Assembly: GCA_963675755.2 (NCBI GenBank)
Contig: CAXXMD010000003.1
Location: forward strand, 2,752,001 to 2,816,000
From: a bacterium
GTDB taxonomy: Bacteria; Zhuqueibacterota; Zhuqueibacteria; Residuimicrobiales; Krinioviventaceae
Direction of reading: 5' to 3'
Length of the DNA stretch: 64,000 nucleotides
The notes beneath the pieces are model-generated. The model was not told where the DNA came from. It searched no databases and saw only the letters and a list, made by a program, of their open reading frames with translations. Position numbers and translations under genes: made by a program. This document shows, one piece after another, positions 20,914 to 30,012 of this stretch. Each line of letters opens with the position of its first letter. The first letter of the stretch is position 1.

Positions 20914-23103
20914 TTATTCTACAAATGCCATTTTAATGGTTTTGGTATAATCCCCACACTGCATTCGGGCGAAATAGATACCGCTTGATACCGGTTCACC
21001 GAAATCATTGGTGCCGTTCCATTTGATCGCGTTTTGCAGACCTGTTTGATACCCATCCACAAGTGTTACTACTTTTTGCCCCAGCATATTATATATCGTA
21101 ATATTGACATACCCTGTATTTTGCAGGGTATAGCTCAGGGTTGTAATACCGTTAAAGGGATTGGGATAGTTGTTGAGCAAATGGAAACCCGATATAGCGA
21201 CACTCTTGGTTTCATTAATGCCTGTTGTGAATTTGCCCAGTTTGATGAGGCCGTGATACTGGGTTCCCAGCCATTTGTTGTTATATTTATCAATTTGAAT
21301 ACAATTAATTTCATTTAACTGAATGCCGAAATCAGTCGAGTCGATGCGCGTCCAGGTTTCATTTTCAAATTTAAATAGAGCTTCAGGAGTGCTTTGCCAG
21401 ATTGTACCTGAACTGTCAATTGCAAGACCTTCGATGTTTGAATTGTAATTTTCATAATAACTGTTATTGGATGGATTTTCAAAATTCTCCCATTCCGCGC
21501 CATTATAACAGGAAATACCTTCCGGGGTTTTTACCCAGATATTATTGTTCATGTCAACCCTGACAGCATAAATCCTGTCTGAATTTAAATTGCTGTTTTC
21601 AGTATTAAATTGGGTCCATTCAGTATTATTATATTTAAAAACTCCATTTTCGTAATAAGCGATCCATATATTCCCATGTTTATCGACAGTTATGTCTTTT
21701 GCATTTAATCTGTCAAATCCATCCGGATTTGGTATATCTTGCCAGAGATTACCATCAAAAGTTGCGATATTTCCATCTTTGATAAACCATAGTATATTTT
21801 GGTTATCAAAAAAGAGTTCAGTTATATAGTTTGCTGATATAACGATATCTGTATTATAATCATAAATTATCCAGTCATTTTCGTTTAAAGTAGAGATATA
21901 ATTATTAATATATAGTCTGTTTGCAAGATGAGTGCAAACCCAAATATTATTGTTTTGATCTAGAGTTGAAGAGTATATAAGATTCGTTACAAGCCCGCTG
22001 TTGTGTGCATAATAATTATCCAAATGGTTGTATCTAAAATATGAAATTCCACCCCAACCACCAATTAATATTCCATCATTGCTATCAATTGATATTGAAT
22101 GGATATACATTTGCGGAGCTATCCCGGGTAATGGTATGTTGTACCATTGTGTTTGATCAACTTTAAACAAACCATTTTCAGTAGCAAACCATATACTGTT
22201 TTTTGCATCGATTTTCATGTCGTGTATATTTGTAGTGCTTAAAATACTGTTGTCTGTATCGTAAAACTCCCAGGACCCATTATTGTCTAGTTTTGAAAAG
22301 AAATAGTACCACGTTGTGCTACCTGTATAGGAAACAAACCATTTGTTGTTGTTATTATCTATAAAGATTTTTGAAACCCGGCCTCCTGGGAATTCACTAT
22401 TTTGAGGTGATATACTATCAATTGAATCTTTTTTTATTATAACAATAGAATTATTGTCGGTAGCACACCATGCATTTCCCTCATTATCAAAAGCAATTGA
22501 ATTTGTCGAACCAATACCATATGTCGTTTGTTGACCGGAAGAATGATTATACTTGATAACTCCGGCTATTGTGCCGCACCATATATTATCATCTCTGTCT
22601 ATTGAAATGGTCAAGATGTACTCGTGAGCAGTATTCTCAAATGTTGCTATTTCCCAAATCCCATTATCTAACACAACAAGTCCCATATTAGTACCTACAT
22701 ATAATTTTCCTTTTGAATCGACTGACAAATCATTAATCATGTTAGATGGTAATCCAGAGTTTTCCTTGGTATATTTTACCCAATTGGTTCCGTCGAAAGA
22801 GAATAAAGCGCCTTCCATTTCTCTATAACTGCTTGAAGATGCGAACCACTTGACGCCTGAGTTGTCAATTGCCATTGCTTTAATGTTAAGCATCTCAAGA
22901 TTATCATTATAGTCGATCTCTTCTGTCGAATTGTCCCGGCTGTCCAGTTTAACAATACCACCGGTAGTACCTATCCAGACGTAATCGCCTTCGAAATCAA
23001 TACAGTTGACGCTTTGCTTGCTTGTAAAGTATTCCCAGCTTTCCTGTGCATATGCTGCAAGACTTGAAAAAAGTATAAAAACGATAAAAGAAAAGTGTTT
23101 CAT
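20914..23103 (-). CDS. Secreted beta-propeller protein with T9SS-type CTD; array copy E
   Basis: MKHF signal, propeller repeats, KMAFVE tail. Confidence 0.9.
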   Translation of the reverse strand: MKHFSFIVFILFSSLAAYAQESWEYFTSKQSVNCIDFEGDYVWIGTTGGIVKLDSRDNSTEEIDYNDNLEMLNIKAMAIDNSGVKWFASSSSYREMEGALFSFDGTNWVKYTKENSGLPSNMINDLSVDSKGKLYVGTNMGLVVLDNGIWEIATFENTAHEYILTISIDRDDNIWCGTIAGVIKYNHSSGQQTTYGIGSTNSIAFDNEGNAWCATDNNSIVIIKKDSIDSISPQNSEFPGGRVSKIFIDNNNNKWFVSYTGSTTWYYFFSKLDNNGSWEFYDTDNSILSTTNIHDMKIDAKNSIWFATENGLFKVDQTQWYNIPLPGIAPQMYIHSISIDSNDGILIGGWGGISYFRYNHLDNYYAHNSGLVTNLIYSSTLDQNNNIWVCTHLANRLYINNYISTLNENDWIIYDYNTDIVISANYITELFFDNQNILWFIKDGNIATFDGNLWQDIPNPDGFDRLNAKDITVDKHGNIWIAYYENGVFKYNNTEWTQFNTENSNLNSDRIYAVRVDMNNNIWVKTPEGISCYNGAEWENFENPSNNSYYENYNSNIEGLAIDSSGTIWQSTPEALFKFENETWTRIDSTDFGIQLNEINCIQIDKYNNKWLGTQYHGLIKLGKFTTGINETKSVAISGFHLLNNYPNPFNGITTLSYTLQNTGYVNITIYNMLGQKVVTLVDGYQTGLQNAIKWNGTNDFGEPVSSGIYFARMQCGDYTKTIKMAFVE

Positions 23104-23116
23104 TTATAACCCCTGT

Positions 23117-25051
23117 TTATTCTACAAATGCCATTTTAATGGTTTGGGTATAATCCCCGGTTTGCATTCTGGCGAAATAGATACCGCTTGATACCGGTTC
23201 ACCGAAATCATTGGTGCCGTTCCATTTGATCGCGTTTTGTTGAGCTATTTGATACCCATCCACAAGTGTTGCCACTTTTTGCCCCATCATGTTATATAAA
23301 GTAATATTGACATGCCCCGGATTTTGCAGGGTATAACTGAGGGTTGTTGTTCCGTTAAAGGGATTGGGATAGTTATTCATTAATTCATATTTGTATGGAG
23401 TTTCACTGTCATCCTCAATGCCGGTTGAAGCGGATTCCCGTACAAAAAAGGCATTGACATTGTCGGACCAAATCTCTTCATCGTTCAGGTTTGTTGCTTT
23501 GACTTGCCAAAAGTAGGTGGTGCCGGGTGTCAGGTTACGGATGGTAAGGCTGGTGTCTCCGTCAATTTTGTTGATGACCGGGTCCGTGAAATCGGGAGAT
23601 TCGGAGAGATATACCTCGTACTTTAGCTCAAAAGGATATGATACCATACTGTCGCTGGGTTGTGTCCAGATGAATGTGGGATTGGTGATGTTGATGGACT
23701 GATCGTGAGCGGGACCGGTAACCTGAAACGGTTTTAGGGTATGGTATTGCGGTTCGTTTTTGAATCTTTTCATGTAATTATGATTGGTATCACCACGTTT
23801 GCCATAAAATAATATAAAACTTCCATCAGCTAAAATCAGCTCAGCATGAACGGGGAGGCAGTTTTTCTGTAATGAATTAATTTTAAATTTTTCACCAAGT
23901 GTATTGTCGTTCAAATTATAATATTGTGCATAATTGATATTATTAGAATTCCAGACCATAATTACTCTGTCATCTGATGTTTTAATTAAATTGGTTAATT
24001 TTCCAAGATATTCATATGAATTCATATCTATTTTTTGTTGATATTTTTCACCTGATTGCTTGATTCGACATATATTTAAGTAATAATCACGATATCCGTT
24101 TTCATCCTTATTAGAAATCCATGCAAAAAAAAGCTCATCAACATAATCTAATATATGAGTATAATCAATATAAGTTGACAGGTTGTTTATTTTTATGCTT
24201 TCAGTTAAACGTTCTCCTTGATCTGAAAAAAAATCACAAAACATTCCTTTTGTATTATTTATATATTTTTCATAAATAATAATAAAATTTCCATTTTCAA
24301 GTGCAAAAGCTTTCTCAAACCAACCTAATCCTCCATTGTATTTCTGAATGATTTGTTCTGTTTGAGGGGAAAAAAGTGAAAAATATGGATAGTTTACATA
24401 ATCAAATATAGCAAGATTGTCATTTTTTAGTTTTATCACTGATTCAATGCCATATTGATTTAAAAATTTTGCATTCCCAATTTTTTCACCTGTAGGAGAT
24501 AGATGTTGAATTTGTATCCTACTATGTTTTTCCCAGGCATGCCAAATAAAGAATATACTGTTATCACTTGACTTTATGATTCTCGTACTTCCCATATTTC
24601 CCCATCCACCCAGATTGGGATTTATAAAAACTGGATCCCCACTTTTATCTCCTTCGGTAGAAAATTGTTGTACATAATAATCAATATAGTCATAATTGTT
24701 AGGATTTTCATAATACCAGAAAAACAAAAAATGACTGTTGGGTATTACGATAATAAATGTATAATACCATTTTAGAAGATAAGTATATGGTGTAAATGTG
24801 ATATTGTCATTTTCATATAAAAGATTACCATCGATATCGAAAATTTTAAAATATGCATCACCCTCAACAGAAAATGAATCGTCTATGTCTATATGGCTAG
24901 TCATAATAAATGTTGTATCGGTTAACTGGTGAATTAATGGGTGGTAAATATAATTTTCGCTTATTTTTTTTTCAAATCCATAACCCAACACTGTTTGTGT
25001 ACATACGAGTATTAACAATATCCAAAGATTAATCAATAACGCTTTTTTCAC
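23117..25051 (-). CDS. Secreted protein: probable beta-propeller + FnIII/Ig-like domain + CTD; array copy F
   Basis: GTG start at 25051 after AAGGAG; repeated Q-x-F-x3-G-x3-G blades; LTPGTTYFWQVKA FnIII-like motif; KMAFVE tail. Confidence 0.82.
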   Translation of the reverse strand: MKKALLINLWILLILVCTQTVLGYGFEKKISENYIYHPLIHQLTDTTFIMTSHIDIDDSFSVEGDAYFKIFDIDGNLLYENDNITFTPYTYLLKWYYTFIIVIPNSHFLFFWYYENPNNYDYIDYYVQQFSTEGDKSGDPVFINPNLGGWGNMGSTRIIKSSDNSIFFIWHAWEKHSRIQIQHLSPTGEKIGNAKFLNQYGIESVIKLKNDNLAIFDYVNYPYFSLFSPQTEQIIQKYNGGLGWFEKAFALENGNFIIIYEKYINNTKGMFCDFFSDQGERLTESIKINNLSTYIDYTHILDYVDELFFAWISNKDENGYRDYYLNICRIKQSGEKYQQKIDMNSYEYLGKLTNLIKTSDDRVIMVWNSNNINYAQYYNLNDNTLGEKFKINSLQKNCLPVHAELILADGSFILFYGKRGDTNHNYMKRFKNEPQYHTLKPFQVTGPAHDQSINITNPTFIWTQPSDSMVSYPFELKYEVYLSESPDFTDPVINKIDGDTSLTIRNLTPGTTYFWQVKATNLNDEEIWSDNVNAFFVRESASTGIEDDSETPYKYELMNNYPNPFNGTTTLSYTLQNPGHVNITLYNMMGQKVATLVDGYQIAQQNAIKWNGTNDFGEPVSSGIYFARMQTGDYTQTIKMAFVE

Positions 25052-25076
25052 TACGAAACTCCTTTTCAATATTCAA

Positions 25077-27779
25077 TTACTTGATCAGCGCCATTTTACC
25101 TGTTTTAGTGAAATCCCCTGCGGTGATTTTGTAGAAATAGATGCCGGAGGGGAGGGAGCCCGCATTCCAGTTGATATAATGCAGACCCTTGTTGTATTTT
25201 TTACGTACCGGATTTGCAACCTGCCGGCCCAGACGATCATAGATTGTCAGGTTTACCATGTGTGGATTGGTCAGATAAAACCGAATAGTCGTTCCCGCAT
25301 TGAAGGGATTGGGATAATTGTAATATAAAGTGATATCTGACGGTTGTTTGTTGTCTGTAATTCCACTTGCGGAATCAAATAAACTATAGACATGTACCTT
25401 GCCATTGTCTCCTTCACCTGGTGCTCCATACACGAGTTCAAGATCTCCATCCTGGTCCATGTCTGTTATTAAACTCCAGGGAGAGTCATTCAGGGCGGGG
25501 CATGATTCCAAATTAAATTGAGAATTGCTATTTCCATACATAACATAGTATTTGTTGTCAGGATATTTGTTAAAAACAATGTCATCATAATTATCCTGGT
25601 TTAGATCTATTATTGTCGTCAAGTTGTAACGTTCATTTTCCCAGCCTGTTAGTTCATAATCCGGTTGTGTACTGAATTCAGGACCGCCAAAGTGAATATA
25701 TGTTGTTCCCCAATGATGATTTCGATAAATGATCAAATCTTCATATCCATCTCTGTTAAAATCCCCATGCAATACACGGGCATACACATCGGTGCCAAAG
25801 TTTTCGTCTGATCCCAGCAATATATCTGGTTCTGATAAAAGTGTCTCTTTTCCCCAATAGATACCCAAAGCTCCATGAGGCTCCTGTATTGAAACTGCAA
25901 TGTCATCTCGTCCGTCACCATTAAAGTCGTTGATGCCAGAAAAATTTACATAATCATTATAGATAGTTGGAAATTCAAAGTAGGTAATTGAGTTTACGTC
26001 TTGATTCCCCCAATAAATACGAAATTTACTTTTATCCCAGCCCATTTTTAGTCTTACACAAAAATCACTGTTCCCGTCATTATTCATGTCACCAACACTG
26101 AAAACATCTGATATAGCGTATCCCCAGTCCATAGTGATAGAGTAATCAGGCACTTTGGACAAGGTATCAGATCCCAGGTAAAAATAAATAGTACGATTTT
26201 TAACTATTGCAAAATCCAAGAGTTGATCATTATTAATATCATTTAAATTTATAAATCCATATCCCACATGTTTAAACCAAGCTTCTTTTTCAGGATAATC
26301 AATTGTAACTGGTGTCTGATTTTTACTATCCTGTTCATTGTAAATATATAACCTACCTGAGTTATTGTACGCTGAACCCACAATAAGCTCATTTTTTTGG
26401 TCATTGTTAATATCCATTACAGATACTGTTACACCAAAACGGTTTTCTGTTCCGGGACCTGTTATATAATTGTCCGGTTGCCAATCGAAATCTGTACTGC
26501 CATTATAGATACAAATTCGGCCTTTTTCTACAAGATAATTGGGAATACCGGTTAGCAGATCTGAAATGCCATCATTATTAATATCTCCATTGCTGTCAAA
26601 GCTGGTTATACAGCCCAATGTATCGCTGCTAAATGATGTACTTGGGGAATCATCCATTTCTGTGCCGCCATAATAAATATATGTTTTACCTGTTCTAAAG
26701 TAATAATAGAGCTGATAAGACGTGCCATATCCCGGATACCCCGGAGCTCCTATGACCAGGTCGCATATATTATCTCCATTCAGGTCGCCTTTTGTAGATA
26801 ATTGATATCCAAATTCATCGCCAAAGTTTTCACCGGTATAAATAACATCGGCAATTGTATCTGCCTCATTATTACCAAAATATACATATACTCTACCCAA
26901 AAACCCGTTGTATTGCCCTGCGTTAATTACCATATCATCTATTCCATCATTATTGAGATCAGAGCCTCCGGAGATAGTAATGCCAAAATGATCACCCGGG
27001 TGTTCACCGTCTAATATTAAATCAACTGTGTTATCCATATTGGGCCCTCCGAAATAGACATACACTCTTCCGGCTGCCGAGTTGTAGAGGTAGGCACTTG
27101 TGGCAAAATCATCATAACCATCATTATTAAAATCTCCAATTCCTTCGACAGTATATCCAAAATAGGGATTGGGTTGGTCAATGTCATTATAATTTAATAT
27201 TACATCAGCTGTTGTGTCCATATCCAACCCCCCATAAAAGATATGGACAATGCCTTTCCAATTGTCGTAACTTTGTGAGCCCACTGCGATATCGTCATAA
27301 CTGTCATTGTTTAAATCTCCAACAATTGCAGAGGTGATTCCCGGTCTGTATGGTGTTACTCCACCTATGGATAATTCAAGATCAATTTCCGGGTCCGGAT
27401 TTGAGCTGCCAAAGTAGATGTATGCTTTAGAATTATCTGTATCTGTAGTTAATATATCATCAAAACCATCGCCATTCAAGTCGCCAGAACCATAAGACAC
27501 TCTTTTACCCTTGATACTAGACGCCCCTTTTAATTTTAACTGTACAGATTCTGCATTGTCATTGTAATATTGTAAAAAAACCGTATGTGTACGGGTTCCA
27601 TAAACCAGGTAATCTGATTTATGATCTCCATTTACATCTCCAGCATAGGCTACGTTATCTCCAAATTTAGTATATCCCAAAATATTGGGTTCTTCCAGTG
27701 TGTAGAGTAATTCAGCGCTGTAACCTTTTATTATTGTGATGATTACTATTAGAGCGATATTAATATATTTATGTCTCAT
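25077..27779 (-). CDS. FG-GAP repeat (integrin-alpha-like propeller) protein with CTD
   Basis: Many GD(L/F)N-x-DG-x-DD Ca-loops, FG...GAP, GRVYVYFG; likely start ATG 27779 (MRHKY). Confidence 0.9.
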   Translation of the reverse strand: MRHKYINIALIVIITIIKGYSAELLYTLEEPNILGYTKFGDNVAYAGDVNGDHKSDYLVYGTRTHTVFLQYYNDNAESVQLKLKGASSIKGKRVSYGSGDLNGDGFDDILTTDTDNSKAYIYFGSSNPDPEIDLELSIGGVTPYRPGITSAIVGDLNNDSYDDIAVGSQSYDNWKGIVHIFYGGLDMDTTADVILNYNDIDQPNPYFGYTVEGIGDFNNDGYDDFATSAYLYNSAAGRVYVYFGGPNMDNTVDLILDGEHPGDHFGITISGGSDLNNDGIDDMVINAGQYNGFLGRVYVYFGNNEADTIADVIYTGENFGDEFGYQLSTKGDLNGDNICDLVIGAPGYPGYGTSYQLYYYFRTGKTYIYYGGTEMDDSPSTSFSSDTLGCITSFDSNGDINNDGISDLLTGIPNYLVEKGRICIYNGSTDFDWQPDNYITGPGTENRFGVTVSVMDINNDQKNELIVGSAYNNSGRLYIYNEQDSKNQTPVTIDYPEKEAWFKHVGYGFINLNDINNDQLLDFAIVKNRTIYFYLGSDTLSKVPDYSITMDWGYAISDVFSVGDMNNDGNSDFCVRLKMGWDKSKFRIYWGNQDVNSITYFEFPTIYNDYVNFSGINDFNGDGRDDIAVSIQEPHGALGIYWGKETLLSEPDILLGSDENFGTDVYARVLHGDFNRDGYEDLIIYRNHHWGTTYIHFGGPEFSTQPDYELTGWENERYNLTTIIDLNQDNYDDIVFNKYPDNKYYVMYGNSNSQFNLESCPALNDSPWSLITDMDQDGDLELVYGAPGEGDNGKVHVYSLFDSASGITDNKQPSDITLYYNYPNPFNAGTTIRFYLTNPHMVNLTIYDRLGRQVANPVRKKYNKGLHYINWNAGSLPSGIYFYKITAGDFTKTGKMALIK

Positions 27780-27795
27780 GATCTTTTCCTTGGTT

Positions 27796-27827
27796 ATTCC
27801 GGCGGCCCCCCTGCTTGCCGCCGGAAT
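27796..27827 (-). other. GC-rich intergenic hairpin without U-tract
   Basis: attccggcggc-N10-gccgccggaat. Confidence 0.7.
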
Positions 27828-27836
27828 GTTTAGCAT

Positions 27837-30002
27837 TTATTTAAGATACAACAATTTGATTTTTTTTACCGCATCTTTGATCTGCAAAACCGCGAAATAG
27901 GTGCCGCTGGAGACGGGTATGTTTGAATCAGACATGGCATTCCAGGTGATCTGGTAACTGCCGGCAGTTTGGATGTGTCTGGAAAAAGATTGGACCTGTT
28001 GACCCAAAATATTATAAATATGAATATTCAACTCGTTACCCGCGTATCTGGCAGGTATGCTGATATGGAACGTGGTTGTTGGATTGAACGGATTCGGGGC
28101 TGCTAATAATTCGAGTTTGGTCGTGTCTTCTGCTGTTTCTTCAATGCCTGTTGCACCCCAATCCCAATCCGAATCACCGCCTTTGGATTCATCATCAAAC
28201 TCTGATTCGATCTGTGAATTTTCAATGTCGGGCACCAGGAATGAAGTATACGCTGTGAGAATACGAGACTCTATGCTAAAATCGATCATTTCGTTAATCA
28301 GCCAGCTATCCTGGTTTTCATGTGCCAGATCCTGTAGGTACTGACCGTATTGCGCTGTGGCAATTTGTTGAGTACCCTCAATAACATCAGACTCTGTAAT
28401 GGTAATGTCTTTTTTAATCTGTTCATCTTTATACCTTGCAACAATGGAAACCTGCATGGGAAAGTCGCCCTTGAACTTGCCGGTTTGTATCACCGGGAAA
28501 TCGAGTGGATAATACCCTCTGAACAAAGAGAACAGCTTTTGTTGATAGGTGTATCCACCTGCAGTCTGGGTGTAAACTTCAATTTCTTCAAAATGGGCGG
28601 CTTTTTCAAAAAAGATAGCTGCCAAAGCGGTCTTGAGGGGATGGAAGCGTAAAAAGAACAGATTCCCTTCAGTTTCACGAGTTAGTTCGCGAGTGAATGG
28701 ATAGTTAATTGAAACATACCCATAATCCATATATGAGTATAGACGCTGAATGTTTTCAAGGTCGAGCACATGGAATTTGGTGCCGTCTGGATAAAAATTA
28801 ATCAGTTCGTAAGCATAATCCCGTGCTTCATCACGGATTGTGGGAAAATCATTGCGGTTGGTTATCCAAAGCACTTCTGCATTGCCGTTTTGTTTTAGAT
28901 ATTCGGCACCCTGGTAAAGGACCTCTTGTGATGTACTGATGGAGAGGAAGCGGTGTCCAAAGAATTTCGCAAACATCTGGTCCAGATTTTCCGTCGTACA
29001 AGGCAGATAGCTTTCACTGCCATTGATTACATCCTCAAACCCAATGACAATAGCAACGGAATCCTGTTCGGTCAATGAACGTTCCATGGTCTCTTTGATA
29101 GACGTGAGCAAGAGTTCACTGGTCATGTTTTGTGTATTGGATGTATTGTAATCCACCAATATCAATATTTTTCGGTTCTCATGTATCTGGGTAACATCCG
29201 GTGGATAAACCGCAAGCTGGTAGAATTTGTCGGTATCATTTTCAAACGTTGTGATGTAAAAATCGGATTCAATGGGAGAGGGCAATACAAATTCGACAAA
29301 CTCTCCATTTTCAACCGGTAAAATGACTTCGTAGGTCCCCGGGTCTTCATATTGAGTAAAAGTGTAACCTTCTTTACCAATGAGTTCCGGATATTCATTT
29401 TCATCACCATAATAATATAATACTCTTAGAGAATCCGCACCACCTGTTTCAGAAGTGACCTGGTTAATGGGCAGCCAGGTGCGTATTTTACCGCTGGTTG
29501 AGGAAGCGGGAGTAAGATATTTGATCATAACGCGCTGATCTTTGCCGCGTTTAATGGGGAACAGATTCATGGTATAGGTGACCTGGCCGTTACGATCTGG
29601 TGCAGTACGAGAAAACATTGCCGGTTCTCTGTATGGACTGGTTTTTTCATTAAACATTTGAGCGGCAGTCCATTTGTCCAGCATATTTGCCTGTACAACA
29701 GAATCAGGAGAATACCAATAGTACATATCGTACATGATGACCTGTTCAGGCATGGTGAAACTCCATTCCAGCTCCAGCTCATCATAGTTTTTGAAAAACC
29801 AGCTATTAAAGTCGTATCCGAAGGAGATGTAAATATTGTGCTCAAGGTAAACGCCACGTCTGTGAATTACATCTGTTACCCATTCTACACGTACATTGGA
29901 ATCCTGATATTGCGTGTAACCCGCTTCAAAAATGTTGATATCTGCAGCGCTGCTCAAATAAGGCAGGCTGATAATCAGTATAAGGAATAATAATCTTTTC
30001 AT
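27837..30002 (-). CDS. Divergent VIT + vWA-like secreted protein with CTD
   Basis: Layout parallels the 34290 gene (ELE-x2-F-x-MP, ILILVD, ILTAYTSFLV); APNPFNPTT tail. Confidence 0.75.
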   Translation of the reverse strand: MKRLLFLILIISLPYLSSAADINIFEAGYTQYQDSNVRVEWVTDVIHRRGVYLEHNIYISFGYDFNSWFFKNYDELELEWSFTMPEQVIMYDMYYWYSPDSVVQANMLDKWTAAQMFNEKTSPYREPAMFSRTAPDRNGQVTYTMNLFPIKRGKDQRVMIKYLTPASSTSGKIRTWLPINQVTSETGGADSLRVLYYYGDENEYPELIGKEGYTFTQYEDPGTYEVILPVENGEFVEFVLPSPIESDFYITTFENDTDKFYQLAVYPPDVTQIHENRKILILVDYNTSNTQNMTSELLLTSIKETMERSLTEQDSVAIVIGFEDVINGSESYLPCTTENLDQMFAKFFGHRFLSISTSQEVLYQGAEYLKQNGNAEVLWITNRNDFPTIRDEARDYAYELINFYPDGTKFHVLDLENIQRLYSYMDYGYVSINYPFTRELTRETEGNLFFLRFHPLKTALAAIFFEKAAHFEEIEVYTQTAGGYTYQQKLFSLFRGYYPLDFPVIQTGKFKGDFPMQVSIVARYKDEQIKKDITITESDVIEGTQQIATAQYGQYLQDLAHENQDSWLINEMIDFSIESRILTAYTSFLVPDIENSQIESEFDDESKGGDSDWDWGATGIEETAEDTTKLELLAAPNPFNPTTTFHISIPARYAGNELNIHIYNILGQQVQSFSRHIQTAGSYQITWNAMSDSNIPVSSGTYFAVLQIKDAVKKIKLLYLK

Positions 30003-30012
30003 GACAGCCTCC

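Noticed and set aside
13196-23375. CRISPR array
   Set aside because: Repeats are hundreds of bp, protein-coding and kilobases apart; no cas genes
13196-25051. Integron cassette array
   Set aside because: Spacers are only 12-13 nt, there is no attC-sized palindrome and no IntI gene in the window; the repeats are coding
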